This document shows, piece by piece, positions 1-8,992 of a stretch of DNA of 32,348 bases. Position numbers and translations under genes: made by a program. Location: assembly GCA_963816145.1 (NCBI GenBank), contig CAWFJP010000020.1:1-32348 (forward strand), written 5' to 3'. Under the pieces are notes generated by a model. The model worked only from the letters and a program-made list of their open reading frames with translations, had not been told where the DNA came from and ran no database searches. Positions within the stretch are counted from its first letter, which is position 1; every line of letters begins with the position of its first letter. This DNA is from an uncultured delta proteobacterium (lineage in GTDB: Bacteria; Desulfobacterota; Binatia; UBA9968).

Positions 1-1408
1 GTGCCATATTGGGCCGCGCCAGCCTTCAACCAAGCCGAAGTTACTGCCGCCTACGGGCAACGTCCCGATCGGTTCCATAGTTTCTCCCTCAGGCAATGCG
101 TCCAGTGCGCGGGTTATCAAGTCGAACGCTGAATGCGTCTCCTCAACCCGCACCATCATGCGCGCCCACACATCCCCAGTGAACACCGGTACGTGGTAAT
201 TGCCCGTACGCAGCGAACGGATGGTCTCGTCTCGCGTCCGCGTCAATCCCGCTTGCGCGCGCAGGAAGACCGGCGACCTGCATGTCGCGAGCGGTTTGCT
301 CCGTCAGGCGCCCCGTGCCGTGAAGGCGGTCGAGAACACTCGAGTTGTTGATCGCAATGTCGACAATCTCGTCGAAGTCGGCGATGATCCGCGCGAGAGT
401 CACGCGTACATCGGAATCTGACTGAGCGTCGAGATATCGCATCGCTCCCGCCCGGCGCCAGAGCGTCTCGCAGCAGCCGATGCCCAACCAGCCGCTCGTT
501 CAGGCGCAAGAGCTCCTCCGCAACCGCATCGCGTGCGCGTTGGCGAACGCAAAACCCGTATCAGTGCAGATCGCGCCGACATCGGCAATGTGGTTGTAGA
601 GGCGTTCGAGTTCGAGCAGGACGACGCGCAGATACGCTGCACGCGGCGGAATGGTCACGCCGGCAAGCGATTCGACGGCCTGACAGAACGCCATTGCGTG
701 CGCCACGCTGGAATCGCCGGAGATGCGCTCGGCAAGCTTGACCCCTCGCGCCGGCGTCATAGTCTCGAACAGCTTCTCAATCCCCTTGTGAACAAAGTAG
801 AGGCGCGATTCGAGATTAATGATGGTTTCGCCTTCGACGCTGAAGCGAAAATGGCCGGGCTCGATGATGCCCGCATGCACGGGACCCACGGTGATTTCGT
901 GAATGCCTTCGCCTTCGACACGACGAAAAGGATAGGCTTCCCTTCGTCGCACAAACTTGGCGAGCGGTCGCGTCTTTCAACAGAGGATGATAATCGACCG
1001 GCCAAAATTGGTGTAACGGCAGCCGGCGCATATCGGGATGTCGATCGGCACCAGTCCAAACAGGTCGTGAATCTCGCGCTCGAAACGGCTGGCCAGATAC
1101 CAGCGCGTCGCGAGCGACGGGAATGTCGGATCCTCGGCGGGGACGCTGATTGAGGCGACGACGAACCCAGCGGCGCCGTCAACCTCAAAAACATAGCGCA
1201 AGGTGAAGGCTTTGGCTTCTAACCGGGTATCTTCGGCGACAATAAGTTCCGGACGAGCATGGACTTCCGCCCGCAGGTAGTCGGCGAACCCGATCAGTGT
1301 CTCTCGCGGGAGGCTGACACGCAGCTCACGCGGACTGCGCAGTTGGATATCGCTCGGATTCAGATTGGCGGCGACCAGCCGCTGCTTTAGCTCCTTCAAA
1401 TCCGCCAT
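1..1408 (-). CDS. hyfG: Ehr/hydrogenase-4-like large subunit (HyfG/HycE-like NuoC+NuoD fusion); runs off the window edge and is broken by several frameshifts
   Basis: Pieces join across frames: 977..1408 (NuoC-like, FEREIHDLFGL); 816..1031 (RRLPLHQFWP); 500..952 (VGPVHAGIIEPGHFRF, YFVHKGIEKLF, LELERLYNHIAD); 243..509 (RLNERLVGHRLLR); 143..487 (RLHGTG, ARASGIDADARRDHP); then GDVWARMMVR...VEGWRG at the edge. It directly abuts hyfF. Confidence 0.9.
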
Positions 1409-2857
1409 CTATACTCCCAAAACTTTCAGCACTTGCTGGAGCGCGGTTACAAACGGGGAGGGTAGGGTGAGTCCCAGCACAAGCAAGACTATGAAATTCG
1501 CGGCGAGGGGCGCGAGCCACAGCCGCAGCGCATCGCCGCGCGGGAGATCAGTCGGAGGCTCGCCGTATAACATTCCATTCACGCTCGCCAACATTCCCCC
1601 GAAAACGATGACGAGAAGAATCACGCCTGTTCCCGCCGCCCACGGTTGGCTCGCAAAGCCGGCGCGAAAAATCATGAACTCACTGATGAACGGCGCAAAC
1701 GGCGGCAAGCCGATCAGCGCAAGTGTGCCGGCGAGAAAAAGCGCGCCGGTCCACGGCGCCGCCTGCAACAGTCCACGCACCTCGCGAATTTCCGCACTGT
1801 GATATTTGAGTAGAATATTGCCCGAAAGAATGAAGAGCAGCGATTTCGACAGCGCATGATTGACCACATGGAAAAGCGCGCCGAAGATCCCCCAATACCC
1901 GCCGAAGCCCAAACCGAGGCAAATGATACCGATGTGTTCGACGCTCGAATAGGCCAGCATTCGTTTATAGTTGCGCTGGCTGACCAAGAAAAACGCCGCA
2001 ACCAGAAGTGAGAACAACCCTACGCCGATCAACAAACGCGCGGCAAATTCCGGCCCGACCGCCACATCGACGACCGCCTTGAATCGTATCATTGCATACA
2101 AGCCGACGTTGAGCAGTACTCCCGACATCAGCGCGCTGATCGGTGCAGGCGCTTCGCTATGCGCGTCCGGTAGCCACGTATGCATCGGCGCGAGCCCCGC
2201 CTTCGTTCCATAGCCGATGACGATGAACACGAACGCCAGCCGTACCACCTCAGGATTGAGTGACCCCGCGGCGGCGCGCAGCGCGCTCCAATTGACGGCG
2301 ATTTCACCGGCCTTTGCGGCCCCGGCGTAGTACACCAGCGCGGTGCCGATAAACGCGAGCGCGATGCCCACGGACGACAAAATCAAATACTTGTAAGCGG
2401 CTTCGAGTGAGGTACGAGTCTGGTGCAAATTGACCAGAAACACCGTCGCCAGGGTCGTTCCTTCAATGGCGACCCACATCACGCCGAGATTATCCGTCGT
2501 CACCGCCAAGAGCATGGTGAAAATAAACAGCTGGAAGAGCGCGAAGAACAACCGCGCGCGCGACAAATGCTCGCTGTCGAATTCGGCGCGGATGTAGCCG
2601 ACCGCGTAAAGCGAAGCGATCGCGCTGAGAAAAGTAATGATGGCGATCATGAAAGCGGACAACGCGTCAACGCGAAATAGATCACGGACTGCGCTGAGGA
2701 CTGCACCGTTCCACACCTGGGCGACGATGACCGCTCCCGTGGCCAACGTTGCCAGTCCCGCCAGGGTGTGCAACAGTTCGATCAGCGCACGCCGGCGGGC
2801 GACAGCGATCAGCCCCGCCGCCGCGAGCGGTATTAGCAGCAAACTAACCAGTATCAT
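1409..2857 (-). CDS. hyfF: Hydrogenase-4 component F-like proton-translocating membrane subunit (MrpD/NuoM-N family)
   Basis: 482-aa polytopic membrane protein with WVAIEGTTL, GTKAGLAPMHTWLPDAHSEAPAPISALMSG and KRMLAYSSVEH. Confidence 0.92.
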   Translation of the reverse strand: MILVSLLLIPLAAAGLIAVARRRALIELLHTLAGLATLATGAVIVAQVWNGAVLSAVRDLFRVDALSAFMIAIITFLSAIASLYAVGYIRAEFDSEHLSRARLFFALFQLFIFTMLLAVTTDNLGVMWVAIEGTTLATVFLVNLHQTRTSLEAAYKYLILSSVGIALAFIGTALVYYAGAAKAGEIAVNWSALRAAAGSLNPEVVRLAFVFIVIGYGTKAGLAPMHTWLPDAHSEAPAPISALMSGVLLNVGLYAMIRFKAVVDVAVGPEFAARLLIGVGLFSLLVAAFFLVSQRNYKRMLAYSSVEHIGIICLGLGFGGYWGIFGALFHVVNHALSKSLLFILSGNILLKYHSAEIREVRGLLQAAPWTGALFLAGTLALIGLPPFAPFISEFMIFRAGFASQPWAAGTGVILLVIVFGGMLASVNGMLYGEPPTDLPRGDALRLWLAPLAANFIVLLVLGLTLPSPFVTALQQVLKVLGV

Positions 2858-3528
2858 TCTTTCAATTTTTCCAATTCGCCGACGTCGATCGAGTCGAAAT
2901 TATCCTTGATGCGATAGACAAATACTTCCATTATCAGCACGGCGACCAGCACGTCGAGAAAGACGCCCATTTCGACGATGAAGGGCACGCCGTAAGTCGC
3001 CAAGAGGGCGAGCAAGAAGATGCCGTTTTCCAACATGAGGAATCCAAGAATCTGCGTCACCGCCCGGCGGCGATTGACCATGATAAAGAAACCAATCAGG
3101 ACGCCGGCGAACGCGAGCGGGATGGCATCTGCCGTGGGCAAAGAATTCGAAGCGGCGATAGGGGTCATCACGTAAAACGATAGGATCGTGAGTATGCCGC
3201 AGATAATGAGCGCCGGCGCGGTCCCCAGATACGGCGCCGCAACTCGCGCCAGGCCGATCTTTGCCACGGCGCGATTGAGTACGCGAGGAATCATGATGGC
3301 TTTGACGACCACAAGCGCAACGCCGACGCCGAACAATTCGAGACTACCGCTGTAGAGCGCGATCAGCATGGAGAGCATGGCGAGCACGAACGATTGCAAT
3401 CCGAACACGCGCACCTGTCCCTCCAGACTGCTTCGGACAATCAGCAAGATAGTCAATCCGAGGGCGACAAACGCCAGCAGATTGACCGCCTTGGACAGCA
3501 CTTCAGCAGACATAGCCATTCCCATCAT
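2854..3528 (-). CDS. hyfE: Hydrogenase-4 component E-like membrane subunit
   Basis: 224-aa hydrophobic protein with QILGFLMLENGI and VEMGVFLDVL; ATGA overlaps with both neighbours. Confidence 0.88.
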   Translation of the reverse strand: MMGMAMSAEVLSKAVNLLAFVALGLTILLIVRSSLEGQVRVFGLQSFVLAMLSMLIALYSGSLELFGVGVALVVVKAIMIPRVLNRAVAKIGLARVAAPYLGTAPALIICGILTILSFYVMTPIAASNSLPTADAIPLAFAGVLIGFFIMVNRRRAVTQILGFLMLENGIFLLALLATYGVPFIVEMGVFLDVLVAVLIMEVFVYRIKDNFDSIDVGELEKLKE

Positions 3529-4469
3529 TTGATAAAAAACGCGGTCACTACGGCCAACAACGCGATCGTAAACGACCCGGCTAAAAGTGCCGGCACACGG
3601 AAAAGACGGAGCTTGGCGACCGCTGTTTCCATTAACGCAATGGCCAACGCGAAAAGCACAAGTTTAACGGCAAGCGCGAGAAAAGCCCCAAAGAGGGCGA
3701 CCGGCGTGTTCGCCAGCGCGACGCCCCAGGGAAAAAACAAGTTCGACAACAACGTCAAGAACAAAAACAATTTCATCGCAGCCGCCCATTCCACCAGCGC
3801 GAGTAGATGGCCGGAATATTCCAAGATCATCGCTTCGTGAATCATCGTCAGTTCGAGATGAGTGGCGGGATTGTCCACCGGCAATCGCCCGTTTTCCGCC
3901 AGCGCAACAATGAAGAACGCAAAGAACGCGAGCAAATGCCCTGCGTTTAACATCAAGAGCGGCTCGGCGGCAAAACGCGTGATGATACCATCGAGACTGG
4001 TCGTGCCGGCACGCAGAGCGATACCGAAAATCGCGATCAACACGGTGGGCTCGGCCAGCGCGGCAAGGGCAACCTCGCGGCTCGATCCCATGCCTCCAAA
4101 AGCGCTCCCCGCGTCCAACCCCGCCAGCGCAAGAAAGAAGGTGCCGAGCAATAATAGATACATCAGAGCGATGATGTTGCCCATGAAGCCGAGCGGAGCG
4201 CGGGTCGTCAGCACCGGGACGATGAGCGCCGACAAGAGCATCGTCGTGGCCAGCAGGTAGGGCGTGAAGCGAAAGATCCAAGAGGTATTTTCGGAAACCA
4301 CCACCTCTTTCAAAAGCAATTTCCGAATGTCGGCGTAAGGCTGCAAAATACCCGCGCCGCGACGCCCCTGCAGGCGCGCCTTCGCCTTGCGGACCACGCC
4401 GACAAGCAAGGGCGATCCGAACATGACGATAAGCAGCTGCAACAGCTGGATTACTATTTCTGTAAGCAT
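3525..4469 (-). CDS. hyfC: HyfC/HycD (NuoH-like) membrane subunit
   Basis: ARLQGRRGAGILQPYADIRKLL, GGMGSSRE, AENGRLPVDNPATHLELTMIHEAMILEYSG. Confidence 0.92.
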   Translation of the reverse strand: MLTEIVIQLLQLLIVMFGSPLLVGVVRKAKARLQGRRGAGILQPYADIRKLLLKEVVVSENTSWIFRFTPYLLATTMLLSALIVPVLTTRAPLGFMGNIIALMYLLLLGTFFLALAGLDAGSAFGGMGSSREVALAALAEPTVLIAIFGIALRAGTTSLDGIITRFAAEPLLMLNAGHLLAFFAFFIVALAENGRLPVDNPATHLELTMIHEAMILEYSGHLLALVEWAAAMKLFLFLTLLSNLFFPWGVALANTPVALFGAFLALAVKLVLFALAIALMETAVAKLRLFRVPALLAGSFTIALLAVVTAFFIK

Positions 4470-4511
4470 AGGCCGTTCTCGTAAGTATTACGCATTTCTC
4501 GGGCGGTGGGA

Positions 4512-6545
4512 CTACACCGTCAGGATTAATAACGCGACGAGCGCCACTAAAATATAAACCAGATAACTGTGTACGTTGCCCGATTGTAAGGCGCGCGCCG
4601 CGCGCGCCAATGCCTGAATCAGGCGTAGAAGCGGCCTATACAGTGTGTCTTCAAAGACCGAGCGTCCTTCGTTGTAATACGCGATGGTGCGCACGAAATA
4701 ACGCGACTCGGGGTGAAACTCGATGTCGAGCTGCTTGACCGGGCGATACAACAAAGCGAAAACGCGCTTGAAGGGATTAGCGAAGGCGGTTGCGGTGTAT
4801 TCAAAACGCGCCGTCTGTAGCGCGCGCCCGCAGCCCCAGGTCTCGTAGTAGCGGCGCCACTTGTTGACACCCATCAGGCGCAGCGCAAGCGGAATCGCTA
4901 CCAGAAAAACGACAAGTCCGAGTGCGATCCACAACGGCGCGACCCAGCCGAACCCGTCGTTGGCCACAACCGCGTTCCAATCGAAGTGCATGTCGGCGTG
5001 CCCGCCCATGAGATCGAAGACCGTCGCTTCGAGTGGCGCCAGTATCAGCGATGGCGCAACGCCGAGGACGACACACACGAGCGCCAGCAGCGCCATGGCC
5101 GCGCGCATCGTCCATGCGACTTCGCGCGCAAGCGCGGCGGGATCGCTCCGCGGCAGGGCCAGGAAGGTGATGCCGAAAGCCCTGACAAAACACGCCGCGG
5201 CGAGGCCGCTCGTCAGTGCGAGCGCGGCGACGCCGAGCGCGAAAATCAAATTGACCGTGTGCGCGGAGATCTGAAAACTCAACAGCAGCGACTGAAACGT
5301 CAGCCATTCACTGATAAAACCGTTGAACGGGGGGAGCGCGGCAATCGCCAATGAACCGATCAGGAAGAAGACCGCTGTTTGCGGCATGCACTTAATGAGT
5401 CCGCCCAGTTCTTCCATATTTCGCGTATGAGTCGCGTGCAGAACCGCACCGGCGCCCATGAACAGCAGGCTCTTGAACGCGGCGTGATTGAGCGTGTGAT
5501 AAAGGGCTGCCACGAGCGCCAGCGCTGCCAGGCCCGGCAAACTAAACGCCTGGAACAACATTGCAGCACCCAGACCGAGCATAATAATGCCGATGTTTTC
5601 GACACTGGAGTACGCCAGCAAGCGTTTCAAATCGGCGTCGACCAGCGCATACAGGACGCCAAGCACCCCTGAGACCGCCCCGACGATGAGCAACGTCGCG
5701 CCCCACCACAGCGGCCCGGTTCCCAGCCAGTCAAAAGCGACTCGCACCAGGCCGTACACACCGAGCTTAATCATCACTCCGGACATCAGCGCGGAAACGT
5801 GACTGGGCGCGGCAGGATGGGCCCGCGGCAGCCAGACATGCAACGGAATGATGCCCGCTTTCGACCCGAAGCCCAGCGCGAACATACTAAAAATCAAGTT
5901 GCGTGAGGTTGTGTCGAGTTTGCCCGCCGCCGCGCCCCATTGGGCGAAAGACATTGTCCCGGTGGCCTGCGCTAACAACAGGAACCCCACCAACAACGCA
6001 GCAAATCCCGCGTGGGTCATGACAAAGTAAACCCAGCCTGCACGCAGCGTCTCCTCGCGCTCGCGTTCCGTAATCACCAAAAAATATGATGCCAGCGACA
6101 TCAGTTCCCAAAGCACAAGAAACGTCAGCACGTTGCGCGCCAGCGCGACGAGAATCATCGCTGCGACAAAAACGTTGAATGCGAATGCCATTCCCGCGAG
6201 CGAATGTTTACCGGCGTACTCTCGCGTATAGCCGATCGCGTACAACCCGGCCGGGATTGCGCCGACGGCAATGACCACGACGAAAAACGCGCTCAGGCGG
6301 TCTACGCCGAAAGCGGCGCCGCCGATCGGCAGTAGATCTGGAATGTTAAGTTCCATACTCCCGCCAGCGAGCCCGGCCACACCGAACGCAATTGCCGCGA
6401 TGGCACCGGCCAACGCACTTGTGTGTCCCACGACGCGAGAGAGAGTTGGCGAGCGCGCTGTGACCAACGCGCCGACTGTGCCCGCGCTGAAACAAGCGAA
6501 GGTGACAAGGAACAAATCGACCATCAAGGTTGAATCAATGATCAT
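4512..6545 (-). CDS. hyfB: Hydrogenase-4 component B (HyfB/HycC, NuoL-like antiporter subunit)
   Basis: 677 aa with WELMSL, GSKAGIIPLHVWLPRAHPAAPSHVSALMSG, LPPFNGFISEW, TWGCG and QSGNVHSYLVY. Confidence 0.92.
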   Translation of the reverse strand: MIIDSTLMVDLFLVTFACFSAGTVGALVTARSPTLSRVVGHTSALAGAIAAIAFGVAGLAGGSMELNIPDLLPIGGAAFGVDRLSAFFVVVIAVGAIPAGLYAIGYTREYAGKHSLAGMAFAFNVFVAAMILVALARNVLTFLVLWELMSLASYFLVITEREREETLRAGWVYFVMTHAGFAALLVGFLLLAQATGTMSFAQWGAAAGKLDTTSRNLIFSMFALGFGSKAGIIPLHVWLPRAHPAAPSHVSALMSGVMIKLGVYGLVRVAFDWLGTGPLWWGATLLIVGAVSGVLGVLYALVDADLKRLLAYSSVENIGIIMLGLGAAMLFQAFSLPGLAALALVAALYHTLNHAAFKSLLFMGAGAVLHATHTRNMEELGGLIKCMPQTAVFFLIGSLAIAALPPFNGFISEWLTFQSLLLSFQISAHTVNLIFALGVAALALTSGLAAACFVRAFGITFLALPRSDPAALAREVAWTMRAAMALLALVCVVLGVAPSLILAPLEATVFDLMGGHADMHFDWNAVVANDGFGWVAPLWIALGLVVFLVAIPLALRLMGVNKWRRYYETWGCGRALQTARFEYTATAFANPFKRVFALLYRPVKQLDIEFHPESRYFVRTIAYYNEGRSVFEDTLYRPLLRLIQALARAARALQSGNVHSYLVYILVALVALLILTV

Positions 6546-6581
6546 TGCGTTAGATGCGAAAGCTGGATTGGAACTGAGGCC

Positions 6582-7097
6582 TCAAGGCTGTTTTTCCAAG
6601 GCAGCGAGGATGCCCAGCAAGATTGACCGGGGCTCCGGCGGACAGCCGTGCACGACGGCGTCCACAGGCAAAATCGCGGACACCGGGCCGACGACACCGT
6701 AGCCGCCCGCGAATACGCCGCAATCATGCGCACAGTCGCCGATCGCCACAACGATTTTCGGCGCGGGAGTCGCGTCGTAGGTTCGCTTGAGCGGGTCCGC
6801 CATGTTGCGCGTGACCGGGCCAGTCACAAGCAAACAATCGGCATGACGGGGTGAGGCAACGAAATGCATGCCAAATCGTTCGAGATCGTAGTACGGGTTG
6901 TTCAACGCACCGATCTCCAACTCGCAACCGTTGCAAGACCCCGCGTCCACCTCTCGAATATGCAAGGAACGGCCAAAGCGTTTGCGAGCGCGCTCGTCAA
7001 TTTGACTGGCTATAACTTCAATTTGCGTGTCATCCGCCGAATTTAGCGCTTCGGTGACGACAGGTGTTTTCAATAGATACTCAAACAGTGACGTCAT
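6582..7097 (-). CDS. hyfI: Ehr small subunit (HyfI/HycG/NuoB-like [4Fe-4S] protein)
   Basis: GSCNGCELE, ASPRHAD, IGDCA and HGCPP cluster ligands. Confidence 0.9.
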   Translation of the reverse strand: MTSLFEYLLKTPVVTEALNSADDTQIEVIASQIDERARKRFGRSLHIREVDAGSCNGCELEIGALNNPYYDLERFGMHFVASPRHADCLLVTGPVTRNMADPLKRTYDATPAPKIVVAIGDCAHDCGVFAGGYGVVGPVSAILPVDAVVHGCPPEPRSILLGILAALEKQP

Positions 7098-7147
7098 CGG
7101 ATTGCGATCTTGGTTGTAGCAATATGGTCGAGGTAGATGTTTTCCAT

Positions 7148-7483
7148 TTAGAGCCCCTTGGCTCCCTTACCTTTCAGGTATGTGATGATCTCGGTATTCA
7201 GGCCCTTAGCCTCAGAAAAATCGGCGCCGGTGACAATTGCGCCGGTAAAGACGGTGCCGTTTAAATTTGCTTTTTTAAAACTTACGTTGATAAGCATTGA
7301 GTTGGATAAATCGGCGTTGGTTAAATCACTTCCGGCAAGATTGCCGTAATTTAATCGGCAACCCTTAAGATTGGCTCGGTTAAGATCTAGGGTAGAGAGA
7401 TCCATACCCGAGAGATAAAGATTCCTGAGGTCGACTCCGGCCAGGCTTTCGTGTTTTTCAATTTTTTGCAAAATACGTTTCAT
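7148..7483 (-). CDS. Pentapeptide repeat protein
   Basis: Tandem A/S-D/N-L-x-x pentapeptides (ANLKG, SDLTN, ADLSN, ANLNG, ADFSE); GGAG RBS upstream. Confidence 0.88.
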   Translation of the reverse strand: MKRILQKIEKHESLAGVDLRNLYLSGMDLSTLDLNRANLKGCRLNYGNLAGSDLTNADLSNSMLINVSFKKANLNGTVFTGAIVTGADFSEAKGLNTEIITYLKGKGAKGL

Positions 7484-7756
7484 ATCTTTATCTCCCCGCC
7501 AGAGGTTATATTCGTATGTGCCACGCTCCTCACACCGTCCTTCAATCTGGACCGTGGCAAGAGATTTCGCCTTAAGCCATGCGCCGTAACCTTTCAGAAT
7601 CTCCCTGGTTCCTGTGCTGAGATCATAACGATCGAAATCAAAATTAATGTCAGCAAGAGGCCCTTGCTCCCCGCTATTGCCCAGAGTTTCCTTCTAGCCG
7701 GTTCAAGGTAATTTGATATCAGGAGTTGCCAGATACTTTTCCCCAGCCGAATGAAC

Positions 7757-8134
7757 TTACTCTTTATTTGCAGATAGCTCCACGTTCCGTAGGGTGTCTC
7801 TAATGGTTTGTGGTTTGACAGGAAAAACAAGGAAAGCCGCGGCCTTTTCCTTCACGGCTTTAACCAGAGTCTGCTTCGCGATGAGGGAAATAACCGCAAC
7901 TACAGGCACTCGCCCGGCGAATGCCAAACACTCGTCCAATATGTCCACATCTTTGGGATAGCGCAGTTGAACGATGATGAAATGCGGCTTATATAAAGGG
8001 CACACGCCCCGGGCGCGGTGAGGGGTTTCAAGAGCAGCAACTTCGTAACCTTGTTCACCCAGTAAGGCGAAAAGCTCATTGTCCGCCTTCTCACCAATCA
8101 ACAAAACTTTTTTCTTCATTTCCGCCATTGTCAT
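7757..8134 (-). CDS. Single-domain CheY-like pseudo-receiver protein
   Basis: Receiver-fold pattern (KKVLLI, GYEV, P.FIIV, VPVVAV, AAAFLVFP) without the acidic pocket, phospho-Asp or Lys; GAGGGGAG RBS. Confidence 0.72.
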   Translation of the reverse strand: MTMAEMKKKVLLIGEKADNELFALLGEQGYEVAALETPHRARGVCPLYKPHFIIVQLRYPKDVDILDECLAFAGRVPVVAVISLIAKQTLVKAVKEKAAAFLVFPVKPQTIRDTLRNVELSANKE

Positions 8135-8360
8135 CTTATCTGTCTCCCCTCTGGCTTATGCGATCCACCGCAATTTTCTCGTTACTCACGTGCGCAGGCC
8201 AACACCGAGGTTCATAGGGCCTCCCTATATTCGCGCGAGCACCAGGAGCGTCGCGTTGATAACTGGTTGCCCGCGTTGCATATCAGCTGGTATGAACTCA
8301 TCAATTTTACTGCACCATCGTTTAAAGCTAATATTCTGATTGAAGCGGTGGCATTGGCAT

Positions 8361-8708
8361 TCACTTCGCGGCGGCATCCCTATCAAGTAGGTCAATTTGC
8401 TTGAGCATAGACATGGCTTCCTCGACGTGCGCTTGAAAATATCGCCGCATTACGTCAAGCACCTCGATCAGCAGTGGGTCGCGAACGGTATAAAAAACCT
8501 GATTACCTTCTTTTCGGCTGGTGACGATTTGCCGAGCGCGCAAGATTGATAGATGTTGCGACGCGTTGGCTTGTTCAATCGCCAACCGTTCGATGATACT
8601 TCCCGCTGACAGTTCGCCGTCTCGCAGAATTTCAATGATGGCGATCCGCGTGGGATGTGCGAGGGCTTGAAATATACTCGCCTTAAATTGCCTTAAGGTG
8701 TCGGGCAT
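8361..8708 (-). CDS. ArsR/SmtB family transcriptional regulator (Rv0081-like)
   Basis: FKASIFQALAHPTRIAIIEIL, QANASQHLSILR, RKEGNQVFY winged HTH; no Cys. Confidence 0.92.
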   Translation of the reverse strand: MPDTLRQFKASIFQALAHPTRIAIIEILRDGELSAGSIIERLAIEQANASQHLSILRARQIVTSRKEGNQVFYTVRDPLLIEVLDVMRRYFQAHVEEAMSMLKQIDLLDRDAAAK

Positions 8709-8740
8709 GACGAAATCTTCGATGACTGCAATATGTGGGT

Positions 8741-8769
8741 AATGTAAAGGTTTAGTAATATATTCGCAA
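8741..8769 (-). promoter_or_regulatory. Putative sigma70 promoter of arsR
   Basis: Minus strand TTGCGA-17 nt-TACATT, ending about 30 nt upstream of the arsR ATG in an AT-rich tract. Confidence 0.55.
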
Positions 8770-8780
8770 TATCGAATATA
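8759..8780. promoter_or_regulatory. Putative ArsR operator (inverted repeat) overlapping the -35 element
   Basis: TATATTCG-caatat-CGAATATA with perfect 8-bp arms. Confidence 0.55.
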
Positions 8781-8902
8781 CTAATATAATAGCTAAATAG
8801 TCTTACCCTCTGGCGAAATTAAATAACCATCGTGTTTTCAGTACCTTATGGATAAGCCTGTTGGACAGCGAGGGTCGGCGCTAAGCACTTTCATTAGTTC
8901 GA

Positions 8903-8940
8903 AAAGCAAAAGCCGGGAGCAGTTTCCCGGCTTTTGCTTT
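8903..8940. terminator. Intrinsic (bidirectional-type) terminator downstream of the amidohydrolase
   Basis: Perfect 16-bp arms AAAGCAAAAGCCGGGA / TCCCGGCTTTTGCTTT with a 6-nt loop and U-rich tails on both strands. Confidence 0.8.
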
Positions 8941-8949
8941 GCCGCTGGC

Positions 8950-8982
8950 TTGAACTATTTGAACGTTTTGAATGGCTTGAAC
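8950..8982. repeat. 9-nt-period tandem repeat (TTGAAY-NNN x4)
   Basis: TTGAAC at 8950, 8959 and 8977; TTGAAT at 8968. Confidence 0.7.
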
Positions 8983-8992
8983 GCGTGTAAAT

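Noticed and set aside
1-7097. Formate hydrogenlyase / H2-evolving hydrogenase or complex I call
   Set aside because: The Ni-ligating N-terminal CxxC is missing, and the gene set and order are Ehr-type, not nuoA-N.
7507-7523. TGGCAC upstream of the pentapeptide gene as a sigma54 promoter
   Set aside because: There is no GC at the -12 position.
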